Shown: positions 19,315-28,670 of the stretch, piece after piece
How the letters are laid out: each line of letters starts with the position of its first letter
Numbering within the stretch: position 1 is the stretch's first letter
NCBI GenBank assembly: GCA_963809485.1
Contig: CAWEJX010000009.1
Span: 89,443 to 153,442, forward strand
Length of the DNA stretch: 64,000 nucleotides
Reading direction: 5' to 3'
From: an uncultured Acidobacteriota bacterium
GTDB lineage: Bacteria; Acidobacteriota; UBA6911
Notes under the pieces: model-generated
Told to the model about the DNA's origin: nothing
The model's database searches: none
What the model saw: only the letters and a program-made list of their open reading frames with translations
Translations under genes and position numbers: made by a program

Positions 19315-20159
19315 TCTCCGGTCCTTTCGGAGCCAAGGGCTGCGCAGGCGGCATCAAACTGCTGCTTGTCCAGCAATCCGTTGTGAAATTCGACCCGGTT
19401 CTCCGCAAAAGGGATTCCTGCTCCTTTGATCGTCCGGGCAATAATCATCTTGGGCTTTTCCGCAACTCCGTCGGCTTCATCCAGCGCGTCCAGGATTTCA
19501 CGCATATCATGCCCGTTGATTTCGCGGACATGCCAGCCGAAGGCGCGCCATTTGTCGGCCAGCGGATTCGTGTTGAAGCGCTGTTCCACCGGTCCCATAG
19601 CCTGTAGTCCGTTCCGGTCCAGCACCGCCACAAGATGGTCCAGTCTGAAAAACGAGGCGGCCATCGCCGCCTCCCAGATCTGGCCTTCAGCCAGTTCCCC
19701 GTCGCCCACAACGCAATAAACGCGGCTTTGGCGTCCTTCAATCCTCAATCCGGCGGCCATTCCACAGGCGATAGAGAGCCCCTGGCCAAGCGAACCGGTA
19801 TTGGCTTCGATGCCAGGCGTGCTTTTCAAATCGGGATGGCCCTGCAGCATCGATCCGCACTGTTTGACCGTATACAATTCTTCCCTGGGAAAATACCCGC
19901 ATTCGGCCAGGGCGGCGTACTGAACCAATGCGGCATGCCCCTTGCTGAGCAGAAAACGATCGCGGTCAGGCCAGGATGGGTTGGCAGGATCGTGGCGCAA
20001 TTTGTAAAAATAGAGGGCGGCAACCACGTCCGCGATCGAGCACGATCCTCCGAGATGGCCCCGCTGGCCAACGCCTATCATATGAACGATATCGAGGCGC
20101 ATCGCTCGCGCCATGCGTTCAAGTCTTTCAATATCCGGTTGTTCCTTGATTGTTCCCAC
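19311..20159 (-). CDS. Transketolase, N-terminal (TPP-binding) subunit
   Basis: GHLGGSCS, DRFLLSKGHA, LQGHP, GSLGQG, GDGELAEGQIWEA. GTG start at 20159 chosen to avoid overlap with the upstream gene. Confidence 0.92.
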   Translation of the reverse strand: MGTIKEQPDIERLERMARAMRLDIVHMIGVGQRGHLGGSCSIADVVAALYFYKLRHDPANPSWPDRDRFLLSKGHAALVQYAALAECGYFPREELYTVKQCGSMLQGHPDLKSTPGIEANTGSLGQGLSIACGMAAGLRIEGRQSRVYCVVGDGELAEGQIWEAAMAASFFRLDHLVAVLDRNGLQAMGPVEQRFNTNPLADKWRAFGWHVREINGHDMREILDALDEADGVAEKPKMIIARTIKGAGIPFAENRVEFHNGLLDKQQFDAACAALGSERTGD

Positions 20160-20184
20160 CTTCGGATCTTTTCTCCATGAAGGT

Positions 20185-20724
20185 CTATTTCTTTTCCGCG
20201 TCAATACCGAAATCGAATCCCCGATCGGCATAACCAAAAACGAGCAGATACTCTCCGGCCTTCAGATCCCGCTCCGGTGTGAGAGAAAAGAAGTCGTCGG
20301 AATAGGCAACGGTCGCCGTCTTGGAGATATCCTTCTCTTTGAATCCGCCCTTGTTTCCCGTTGTGGCATCTGCCGAGGACGTTTCGAAATTGCGGCTGCT
20401 CTGTTTTTGATCAAGGCGGATGATCATTGCGTCGTCCGGGGAAACGGCGCCCCGTACATAGAAAACCGGACGGCGTTCCGGGATACGAGCGGGGGATTTT
20501 GCACCTTTGAGCACGCCTTTCGCTCCCAGGCTTGTATATCCGCCGGTGTCCACGAACAACTCCAGACCCTTCGCCGTCATATCCGCCACGACAGCGGGCT
20601 TGAGGCTCATCCACCCGCCGCTGTTTAAACGAAAGTAGACTCCCGGGCCGGCCGGCATGCCCGTTGGAGGCCCAGGCCTGGCAGTCTGCGCCAGTAACAA
20701 CACAGCCAACGCTATAACACGCAT
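20185..20724 (-). CDS. Hypothetical exported protein
   Basis: Signal-peptide-like N-terminus; coding-like composition; co-oriented with the downstream operon. Confidence 0.65.
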   Translation of the reverse strand: MRVIALAVLLLAQTARPGPPTGMPAGPGVYFRLNSGGWMSLKPAVVADMTAKGLELFVDTGGYTSLGAKGVLKGAKSPARIPERRPVFYVRGAVSPDDAMIIRLDQKQSSRNFETSSADATTGNKGGFKEKDISKTATVAYSDDFFSLTPERDLKAGEYLLVFGYADRGFDFGIDAEKK

Positions 20725-20949
20725 TTTTTAATCCTATCACAATCCTTTTTGGGGAAAAGAATGGAAGCAGCCCCCGGCCTGCAAATGCAGTCCCAACCCC
20801 GTTATGTTGGGATCGGCGGTCCGCTGCACACCGCCATATCGGATCCGGTCCATCGGGGGATCCGCCGGCTCCGGCGGGCGATGAAGTATCAATTTGCAGC
20901 ATACTGGAGCAAGCCCCTACCCCGGCGGTTCTGACCCCAACCAAGAAGA

Positions 20950-21325
20950 AGTCAGGCACCTCCGGCAAAGCCGGAGGCTTGAAAGATTGGAACCGCTCAA
21001 AGCGGTTGGAGGAATTACGCCGGTCTTGAACGCTGACTTACGCGGGCAAAAGCCGATGAGGAGCTTCCGATCTCCGCAGGGGCCAGCGCTCCGCGCTGGA
21101 CAGTTTTCTGCGGCGGCACTGTGGCAAGCGCCGTGCGGCAAGGACATGAAGAGTATGAGAAACCGGGCGTTTGCCACAGTGCCGCCGCAGAAAACTCCAT
21201 CGGAAGCGCCTCATCGGCTTTTGCTCGCCGACCCTCGCTGAACAAATCGGCGTTTGTCAGCGCTTTTATCAGCGTTTCTCAGCGTTTCAAAATACGGAGC
21301 TGTCAAACGCTTTGAGTCCTCCGGC
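20950..21325. mobile_element. 403-bp element family, copy 2 (right end truncated)
   Basis: Intact AGTCAGG left terminus and core; similarity stops after GAGTCCTCCGGC, halfway through the right hairpin. Confidence 0.85.
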
Positions 21326-21342
21326 TCCAGCGAGCATTCCTA

Positions 21343-21975
21343 CTATGCCGTCGTTTTCGGGGGCTGTGCCGGGGGAGGCGGGGGACCGCCGGAAAGCGAC
21401 CACGATTCGGTCTCGAGCGGCTTGCAGATGATCTCGGCGATGTGGAGTTCATGAAGCCGGTTGGAAGGAGCTGCGACAGCCACCACAGCCGTATCTGCGC
21501 CCCGCCCCGTTCCCGTAACCACGACGACTCTTTCACCTGCGGCCACACAGCCGCCATTGGTGGCCATGAGCAGTATTTCATGGACAACTTTCATGCCCTG
21601 GCAGAACGTGCGCAGCATCATGGCCAGTATCGAGGGGACCCTCGATCCGTACAGATCGTCCGTATGGAAAAGCATCGTCCCGAAGTACACTCGATGCCCT
21701 TGCTGTTCTAGCTCGGGAACAAGTTCTGCCGGGAAACGCTGCCCGTCGCGAAGGAAGCCGTACTGATGCGGGATCACGACCATCTGGATATCCGTACCGG
21801 CCAGAAGCCTGGCTGCCAGAAGCGCCGTCGTCCCTCTGGTGGAAGCTATCACAATTTTTCGAATGCCGCGCGCCTTCGCGCGTTCCAGCGCCAGGCTCAG
21901 CGTCATCTCGGTATTCTGCTGTCCCGGCTCCTCAAAATAGACGATTTTTTCCTCTATCCATTTCCCTTTTTCCAC
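21343..21975 (-). CDS. Stand-alone pyruvate kinase alpha/beta (C-terminal) domain family protein
   Basis: 'YFEEPG..NTE.TL', 'IVIASTRGTTA', 'LRTFCQGMKVVHEILLMA', 'GTGRGADTAVV', 'EIICKP'; GTG start after GGAGG. Confidence 0.8.
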   Translation of the reverse strand: MEKGKWIEEKIVYFEEPGQQNTEMTLSLALERAKARGIRKIVIASTRGTTALLAARLLAGTDIQMVVIPHQYGFLRDGQRFPAELVPELEQQGHRVYFGTMLFHTDDLYGSRVPSILAMMLRTFCQGMKVVHEILLMATNGGCVAAGERVVVVTGTGRGADTAVVAVAAPSNRLHELHIAEIICKPLETESWSLSGGPPPPPAQPPKTTA

Positions 21976-22071
21976 TGCAGTATCCTCCCGGCCTGTGCGC
22001 AAATAGACTCCAGCCGCTTTCGCTTCTCCAGGACGCTCCTAAGCCCGGCTCGACAGTAATTATCCGCTCAT

Positions 22072-22656
22072 TCATTGTCTATTGAAAAGTATCAGTCCTA
22101 CGTACGCGACTGTGTTTTTTCCATGGTAAATAGGGATGCCGGCGCTTTTCTCCATCGCGATAACGTTCATGCCGTACGCTTCAACGGATGAGACCGCCTG
22201 GTCCGGATGGCGGCAAAGCGCTCCGTCGACATAGGCGCATTTTTCACAGATGCTGCAGCACCCGGCATTGAGAGGCAAAATATCTTCCGAAGGATACCGC
22301 ATGCGTATCCCGGCCACCAAATCCCTGAAGACTTTTTCGTGGATTTTTGCCTTTTCCAGCATCCCTTTCATATCGAAATTGCTGGCGATGGCGTGAACCG
22401 TTTGAAACAGCAGGCCGCACTTGTAGCGCGTAGCCCGGTCCATCAGTGCGTGGATCGGACCGATAGCCGGAGGGCCCATCCAGTTGGTATCGTATTTTCC
22501 GCAGAAGTTCTTCTCGCAAGCCTTGCGGAAATCCTCATGAAACTGAATTTGGGATGCATCCAGAATCGCCGCATGCGTTGCGTTGGATTCCAGAGCCATT
22601 TGCACCAGGTTCTCGCCATCGAGCATAAAAATCGACCCGCTACTCTCAGATTCCAA
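22072..22656 (-). CDS. DUF2284 family predicted metal-binding protein
   Basis: 'CEKNFCGKYDTNW..PP', 'AGCCSICEKC', 'CRHPD', 'SVEAYGMNV', 'YVGLILF'. Confidence 0.8.
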   Translation of the reverse strand: MESESSGSIFMLDGENLVQMALESNATHAAILDASQIQFHEDFRKACEKNFCGKYDTNWMGPPAIGPIHALMDRATRYKCGLLFQTVHAIASNFDMKGMLEKAKIHEKVFRDLVAGIRMRYPSEDILPLNAGCCSICEKCAYVDGALCRHPDQAVSSVEAYGMNVIAMEKSAGIPIYHGKNTVAYVGLILFNRQ

Positions 22657-22732
22657 TGTTTTAGTGTACCTTGAAGCTTCGAGGACTCAAAGGGCGAGAC
22701 CCGCTATTCCTTCCGTTATCCCCCGTTTCAAC

Positions 22733-23125
22733 CACCTCCGGCAGATCCGGAGGCTTGATTGTATGCCGCTCAAAGCGGTTGGAGGAGTTACGCCGGTCCT
22801 GAACGCTGACTTACGCGGGCAAAAGCCGATGAGGCGCTTCCGATCCCCGCAGGGGCCAGCGCTCCGCGCTGGACAGTTTTCTGCGGCGGCACTGTGGCAA
22901 GCGCCGTGCGGCAAGGACATGAAGAGTATGAGAAACCGGGCGTTTGCCACAGTGCCGCCGCAGAAAACTCCATCGGAAGCGCCTCATCGGCTTTTGCTCG
23001 CCGACCCTCGCCGAACAAATCAGCGTTTGTCAGCGCTTTTATCAGCGTTTCTCAGCGTTTCAAAATACGTAACTGTCAAACTCTCTGAGCTCCCCGGCAG
23101 AGTCGGGGGTTTACCAATGTAATTA
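22733..23125. mobile_element. 403-bp element family, copy 3 (left terminus decayed)
   Basis: AGTCAGG absent and left hairpin has a mismatch (CCTCCGGCAGATCCGGAGG); core and right terminus ...TTTACCAATGTAATTA retained. Confidence 0.85.
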
Positions 23126-23131
23126 TTCCAG

Positions 23132-23175
23132 AACTGTAAAACTCTGGGAGTCTCCCAGCAGAGCCGGGTTTACCA
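23132..23175. repeat. Degenerate extra copy of the element's right end
   Basis: AACTGTAAAACTCTGGGAGTCTCCCAGCAGAGCCGGGTTTACCA versus consensus AGCTGTCAAACTCTTTGAGTCCCCCGGCAGAGCCGGGGGTTTACCA. Confidence 0.7.
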
Positions 23176-23194
23176 GTTTGTCTCAGGCAGCCGG

Positions 23195-24830
23195 CTAGAC
23201 CGCTGCCTCTTTCGCTGCCGCGGGCTGAGGAGCTTTTTTATCCTGAACCACGGCATCCATCGACACCTCGGGAACGGTGAGGATCAGCAGAAATGCTATC
23301 ACCATGGTCACGCTGCCCAGGAGAAAAACGCTTCGCAAGCCGGCCATGATGGAAACGCGGATAGCCTCAACGGTCTGCCGGAACAGTTCCGGCCCGCTGC
23401 CACCGGCACTGCTGAACGTCTCTTGCAGGCCTTTCATTGCTGTGGGAGATAGGAGCGCTCTGGGGTCGCCCAGCGTTTTCACAGTCGCTTCATCGGCAAA
23501 CTGACGCAATCCGGCAGGCGCAGAAGCTTCAAGAGATGTGGCATAGGAAGCGTTCATTACCGAGCCGAGGACGGCAGGGGAAATCGCCATGCCCATCGTG
23601 ATACTGAAAAAGATGGCGCCCATCGCCGATCCGAGCAGCCTTCTGGGCACTGCCCACTGAACGACAAGCGTATTTACGGTGGGGATCGCGCCCAGGCCGA
23701 GGCCGGCCAGGGTGACGGCCACAACGCTCCAGATAACCGGGGTTTCCGCATGGAATAACATGATGCCGGTAATGACAGCCGCCATAAGGGCGTAACCCGC
23801 GATGTACATCCACTTGTAGCGTTTTGTCCTGGCGAGGATGAATCCGGTGGGCACACCGACAAATGCCATCAGGACGCTGTAGGGAGTTATGATCTGACCG
23901 CTGCGCATGACGCTGATTCCCTGAACCCCCTGGAGGAAGATCGGGAAATACATCATGATCGCCATCAAACCGAAATTGGACAGCAGGCCGGCCACGGCGA
24001 CGGTCAGAAAAGTCCGGTTGCGGAAAACCTGCGGATCCATGATGGGTTCGTCAGCACGCGACTCAGCCCAGAAGAAAAGCACCCAAAAGAGCAGCGCAAT
24101 CCCCAGCAGGCCGATGATCTGGACTGAAGCCCACGGGTAGGGTGATCCGGCATAGGAAAAGCCAAGGATTGTCGCCGAGGAGGCCACGGCAACCAGCAGG
24201 GCCCCTCGTACTATCGAGCTTGCGGCTGACTTTTTTGGTGACTGGCGGCACGCCGATCGGCACCATCACCAGACAAAGTATGAGGAGGGGCACCCCCGCC
24301 CAATATAGATGGCGCCAGCTCATGTTATCCACAAACCATCCCCCCAGCGTGGGTCCGAAGAGGGCAAGACAACCTCCGGGAATATTCAGCAGCCCAACCC
24401 ATTTGCTGCGTTCTGCCGGCGGGAACATATCCCCCAGCACCGCGAAACAAAGAGGCGCCAGAGCCCCCGAGCCCAGACGAGCCAGTGTATTGGCGGCAAT
24501 CAGGAGCGGAAAAGTCGGGCTGACCGCACTCAGGATCGTGCCCGCCAGGTAGGGAACCATGCAGATGATGAGCATGATACGCCGCCCGTAATTGTCGGAC
24601 AACTTGCTGAAAAGCAATGTCACGAAGGCAGCTGCCAGGGATGGTATGGAAATCGACCAGGAATATAGGGACATGCCGTTCAGATCGGCCGCCATCCTGG
24701 GTCTGGCAATGCCAAGCGTATGCACAAAGAAAAACACTGCAAAATAGATCAGAAAGATCGTGACCAATCCCAGCGTAATCTGCCTCCTGGAGTAATCGCT
24801 TCCTGAGGACGGCGGCTGCAGTTGTGCCAT
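23195..24830 (-). pseudogene. DHA2/EmrB-like MFS transporter with an apparent +1 frameshift near 24212
   Basis: Two overlapping MFS half-ORFs ('KLSDNYGRR' motif A in the first). Removing one A gives KLD-VRGALLVAVASSATILG, joining the two frames. Could be an assembly error. Confidence 0.75.
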
Positions 24831-25016
24831 AGGGTTCTCCCGGCTAATGTTGGACGTGGTCTTTGTCTCATCAGAAGCACCCGGGATGCAAGCTTTTTAT
24901 TGCCGTGGGGAGGGAAATCTGTGCGGCGCGCAGGCAGGGGATGGGATTCGGATCTTCGGGACTTGGAGGCATCAAAGCGTCTCTCCAAGTCCCAAAGGCC
25001 CTGTTCTTGCAGAAGA

Positions 25017-26399
25017 TTATTTTTTATAGACGCCGTATTCCTTTACGGCGGCCACCATGGCACGCAGATTCTCGAGTTTAGGATTCTCCGCAACCGCGCC
25101 GGCGCATAGAAGGTATCCACCTCCCCGGCCGCAGGTTTCTATCAGTTTACGGCAGTATTCCTTTGTGTCTTCCGGAGTGCCGGTAACGAGAAGCGAAGAG
25201 GGCACGTTGCCCTGAATGGCGCATTTGGCGCCCAGGATTTTCTTGGCCCTGGCCATATCTGTCTTGTCGAAATACCAGACAACCTGGCCTTTCTCGAATT
25301 CGTTGACGGTTTCCAGCCGCGTATTGTAGCCGCCTTCGGCAAACATGCTCTGGATGAGGCCTTCCTTGATAAGGGCGTCCATGACCTTTTTCAGCGAAGG
25401 CCAGTAGAAGGTTTCGAACTGCTTCTGGGACATCCATCCGTCCGCCCCTTTATGCAACGGGTAGGTCACCATGAAAATGTTCGCGGCATTGGGAGCACCC
25501 AGAAGCGAGCGGATTGTGAAGTCGGCCACCACATCCAGGGCCTCCAAAAGTTTTTCGGGCCGACGATACATATCCTTCAGGATCGGCTGCGTCCCGCGGA
25601 GGGTGTCACCAAGAGTATCGAAGGGCGCTTTGCAAAAGGCGCCGAAAGCAACCGGGAATCCCTGTGCAGCCCCCGACGGGCCGGCAGCCATCATCGCCTT
25701 CATCATTTTCTGATATTCCTTGCCCACATCCATCAGCTTCTGCAGCAAGGCCTGCATTTCAGGGCTCGCCAGCGGCATGAACTGGCCCAGGTTGACGATT
25801 TCCACCATATCGGTGGCGGGCCGGAACATCCGGAGAGGCTCAAACGCTCCAAATACGCGGGGCAGATAAGTCCTGAACCAGAAATCGGACGGGTCCAGAA
25901 TCAGCGCGTCATACTCCTCCGCCGTCATGTATTCGGCTTCCATGAACTGGACGATACCCGCATCCTCACCCAGTCTGTGCCCGGGCCAGGAATAGAGCTT
26001 ATAGTCGAGCATATCGAGTATTTTGCCGGGGGTGATCCACGGGCTGGCGAAGTATTCCAGTTCCCCTGAGAAATCCTCATTGAACTTCCTGCACGCCTTC
26101 ACGGCCAGATCGTAATCATACATGGCTGTGCGCAGGTTGATGCCGTAATGGGTATAAGGGAGATTGCCCACGGGAAGGGTGACGGGAACTCTGTCCGGTT
26201 CCCGGACATTGTAGTAGTCCACCAGCCTCTGGGCTCTGATCTTATAGTCATTTTTGGCCTTCTCACTGACGAAAGTCAGGTTGGGCGGATTGAGAAAATT
26301 ATCCAGCCTGCGCTGACGCTTTTGCGCCGGGGTAAGCTGCGCCCAATCTGCAGGCAGAGCGCCCGTCTGATTCGCTATGCTGCCTAGAATTGTTGCCAT
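25017..26399 (-). CDS. Uroporphyrinogen decarboxylase / MtaA-CmuA family protein
   Basis: EPDRVPV, 'APFDTLGDTLRG', 'MS.KQFETFYWPSLK', 'IQGNVP', 'GGYLL', 'ENLRAM'; ATG after AGGAG. Confidence 0.85.
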   Translation of the reverse strand: MATILGSIANQTGALPADWAQLTPAQKRQRRLDNFLNPPNLTFVSEKAKNDYKIRAQRLVDYYNVREPDRVPVTLPVGNLPYTHYGINLRTAMYDYDLAVKACRKFNEDFSGELEYFASPWITPGKILDMLDYKLYSWPGHRLGEDAGIVQFMEAEYMTAEEYDALILDPSDFWFRTYLPRVFGAFEPLRMFRPATDMVEIVNLGQFMPLASPEMQALLQKLMDVGKEYQKMMKAMMAAGPSGAAQGFPVAFGAFCKAPFDTLGDTLRGTQPILKDMYRRPEKLLEALDVVADFTIRSLLGAPNAANIFMVTYPLHKGADGWMSQKQFETFYWPSLKKVMDALIKEGLIQSMFAEGGYNTRLETVNEFEKGQVVWYFDKTDMARAKKILGAKCAIQGNVPSSLLVTGTPEDTKEYCRKLIETCGRGGGYLLCAGAVAENPKLENLRAMVAAVKEYGVYKK

Positions 26400-26658
26400 A
26401 ACTTTTTGTCTCCTGTTTGATGTTTGCAACGATTAAGAAATGCCCGGGACGGCGAAGAGCTCCGCGGCCGATACAGAACCCCGCAGATCCATGATTGCCT
26501 GATGAGTCAACCCATTGCTATGCCCTAACCATGCTTTTCCGGCTTTCAAATCGGGGACCATCATAGCTTGAGTCCAAAGCCCGGGCAACTGCTCATAATC
26601 CATCCACGAGTGCCGCTGCAAAAAAGCATCCCCAATTCGTGCGCAGGCAGGCCTCGCT

Positions 26659-27978
26659 TCACTGAATGCAATACAGATGTTTGAGCGTGCGCACGAACAT
26701 CCGGCCCCCGGAAACCGCCGGCGAGGCCATGATCGCCTCCCCGACGGCGTTCTTCGCAAGGAGTTCATATTCCGGCCCGGCTTTGAGGACAAAGACATCT
26801 CCGTCTTCGCTCATCAAATAAAGCTTCCCTTCTATAGCTACCGGCGATGCGGAAAAATTGGCGCCGACGTCGATTCTTCTTCGCCCGTAGACTTCCTTTC
26901 CCGTTTTCGCCTCGTAGCAGGCGATGAATCCCTGGTCGAGCAGAACAAAAATATAATCCCCATAGGCTGTCGGGGACGGGATGTAAGGCGCCGCTGCCAT
27001 TTGCCTCCATGCAATGGCATCAGACCGCATCTCTCCCTCCTTGAGAGTGAGGTTTCCGCTAAAGCCCGGACGGAATGCGGTCACCGGGCGCACTTCTTCA
27101 CGAATAAATCCCGAGGAGACAACGATCAATCCGTGCGTCGAAGTCGGCGTGGGCACCGTAATCGAGGTGGCGGGTCCACGACATTCCCAAAGGAGCTTGC
27201 CGGTCTCGGGCTCATAGCTCCGTATGGCGCGCGTTGCATTAACGATCAGTTCAGCTCGCGGCCCGTCAAGATAGAGGTACGGCGTGCTCCAGGACGAGAG
27301 TTCGTCGCGGTCCGTCTTCCATACGGTCTTCCCGTTTTTCTTATCCAGGGCGATGATGAACGACTGCCCGGTTTCCTGGTCGCAGGTTTGAATCACAAGG
27401 TTTTTGTAGAGCACCGGCGAACTTCCCAAACCCCATCCGTTGCGCATGTTGAAGACACCGAGGTCCCGGCTCCAGATCAGTTTCCCGCTGAAGTCATAGC
27501 AGTACATCCCCTGATCCCCGAAGAAGGCGTAGACATAGGCTCCGTCCGTTACCGGAGTCTGGGATGCATAACTGTTTTTAGTATGGCGCGCGGCGGCGGG
27601 AAGCTTGCGCACTGCCGTCTGTTGCCAGAGCCGCTTGCCTGTGTCGCGGTCGTAGCAGAGGACCGCCCAGGCAATTTCAGCTTTGTCCGGCTTGCGCTCC
27701 CCGGAAAAAAAGCCCTTTTGCCAGTTATCCTCCTTGGGATCGCTGCTGACAGCGGTGGTCACGAATATCCGATTGCCATAGACAATGGGCGACGAGTGGC
27801 CCAGGCCCGGCACTTCGACTTTCCACCGGACGTTTTTCGACAAATCCCACTGAGCGGGAATTCCATTTTCAGCCGAAATTCCACGTCCCCCGGGGCCGCG
27901 CCATCCGGGCCAATCTTCCGCCTGGGCGGATGCCACAAATAGTGCAATCAACGACGCCATAGCCAGTTTTCTCATCAC
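26659..27978 (-). CDS. PQQ-binding-like beta-propeller repeat protein (BamB-like), exported
   Basis: Signal peptide, 'DWPGWRGP', 'GHSSPIV', repeated 'G..LW' propeller motifs, 'ASPA'. Confidence 0.88.
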   Translation of the reverse strand: MMRKLAMASLIALFVASAQAEDWPGWRGPGGRGISAENGIPAQWDLSKNVRWKVEVPGLGHSSPIVYGNRIFVTTAVSSDPKEDNWQKGFFSGERKPDKAEIAWAVLCYDRDTGKRLWQQTAVRKLPAAARHTKNSYASQTPVTDGAYVYAFFGDQGMYCYDFSGKLIWSRDLGVFNMRNGWGLGSSPVLYKNLVIQTCDQETGQSFIIALDKKNGKTVWKTDRDELSSWSTPYLYLDGPRAELIVNATRAIRSYEPETGKLLWECRGPATSITVPTPTSTHGLIVVSSGFIREEVRPVTAFRPGFSGNLTLKEGEMRSDAIAWRQMAAAPYIPSPTAYGDYIFVLLDQGFIACYEAKTGKEVYGRRRIDVGANFSASPVAIEGKLYLMSEDGDVFVLKAGPEYELLAKNAVGEAIMASPAVSGGRMFVRTLKHLYCIQ

Positions 27979-28146
27979 CGCAACCTCCTGCTCTTATTTG
28001 CATCCTAGCATAGGGTGATCTCCCGGTTTTTCCAAGCATTTCCGATAATCGGCCGGAGAAGGCCCTCCGGCTTTTTTTGCGGCAAAATGCCGATTTGTCT
28101 TTCGGGAATTCCAATGTATGCTGATGGTTTGCAGGGAGGAGTCCCA

Positions 28147-28509
28147 ATGAGATTTTGTGTTATGGCAGTTGCACTGTGTTTGCTTATGGCCGGGTTGTCT
28201 TTGGGCGCCGATGTCGACGGCAAATGGACCGGCACGGTTCAGACCCCCGGTGGAGAGATGCCCGTAACCTTCATGTTCAAAGCCGAAGGAGGCACCCTGA
28301 CCGGCGCCATGTTGAGCCAGGAGAACAAACAAATCCCGATCAAGGACGGGAAAATAGACGGCAGCAATATATCCTTTGCGGTCTCCATCGAAATGGGCGG
28401 GGATTCCATGCAGCTGTCGTATAAAGGCGTTGTTTCCGCCGGCCAGATCAAGCTGACAGGCGAGGCCATGGGCCAGCCTTTTGAATTGGTCGTCAAGAAA
28501 GCCCCGTAA
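28147..28509 (+). CDS. Small exported beta-rich hypothetical protein
   Basis: GGAGGAG RBS, signal peptide, 'ADVDGKWTG', 'GKIDGSNISF'. Confidence 0.75.
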   Translation: MRFCVMAVALCLLMAGLSLGADVDGKWTGTVQTPGGEMPVTFMFKAEGGTLTGAMLSQENKQIPIKDGKIDGSNISFAVSIEMGGDSMQLSYKGVVSAGQIKLTGEAMGQPFELVVKKAP

Positions 28510-28670
28510 CGCTGCCCGTCCCTTGAAGCGTAGCCGCACAAACCTCCGGGAACTCCGCGTCCCCGGGGGACCCGACTTTGAGTTGGGGTGCGAAGCGCCG
28601 CACTATCGGTGGCGTCTTTGGCGTTGCTGAGATGGGATTCGGAAGCTGCCGGAACCTCCGCCTTTTGAAT

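Noticed and set aside
28052-28078. Terminator-like hairpin GCCGGAG-N6-CTCCGGC followed by T7
   Set aside because: It lies between divergent genes with no + strand gene ending upstream, and I found no riboswitch aptamer before it, so no function can be assigned.
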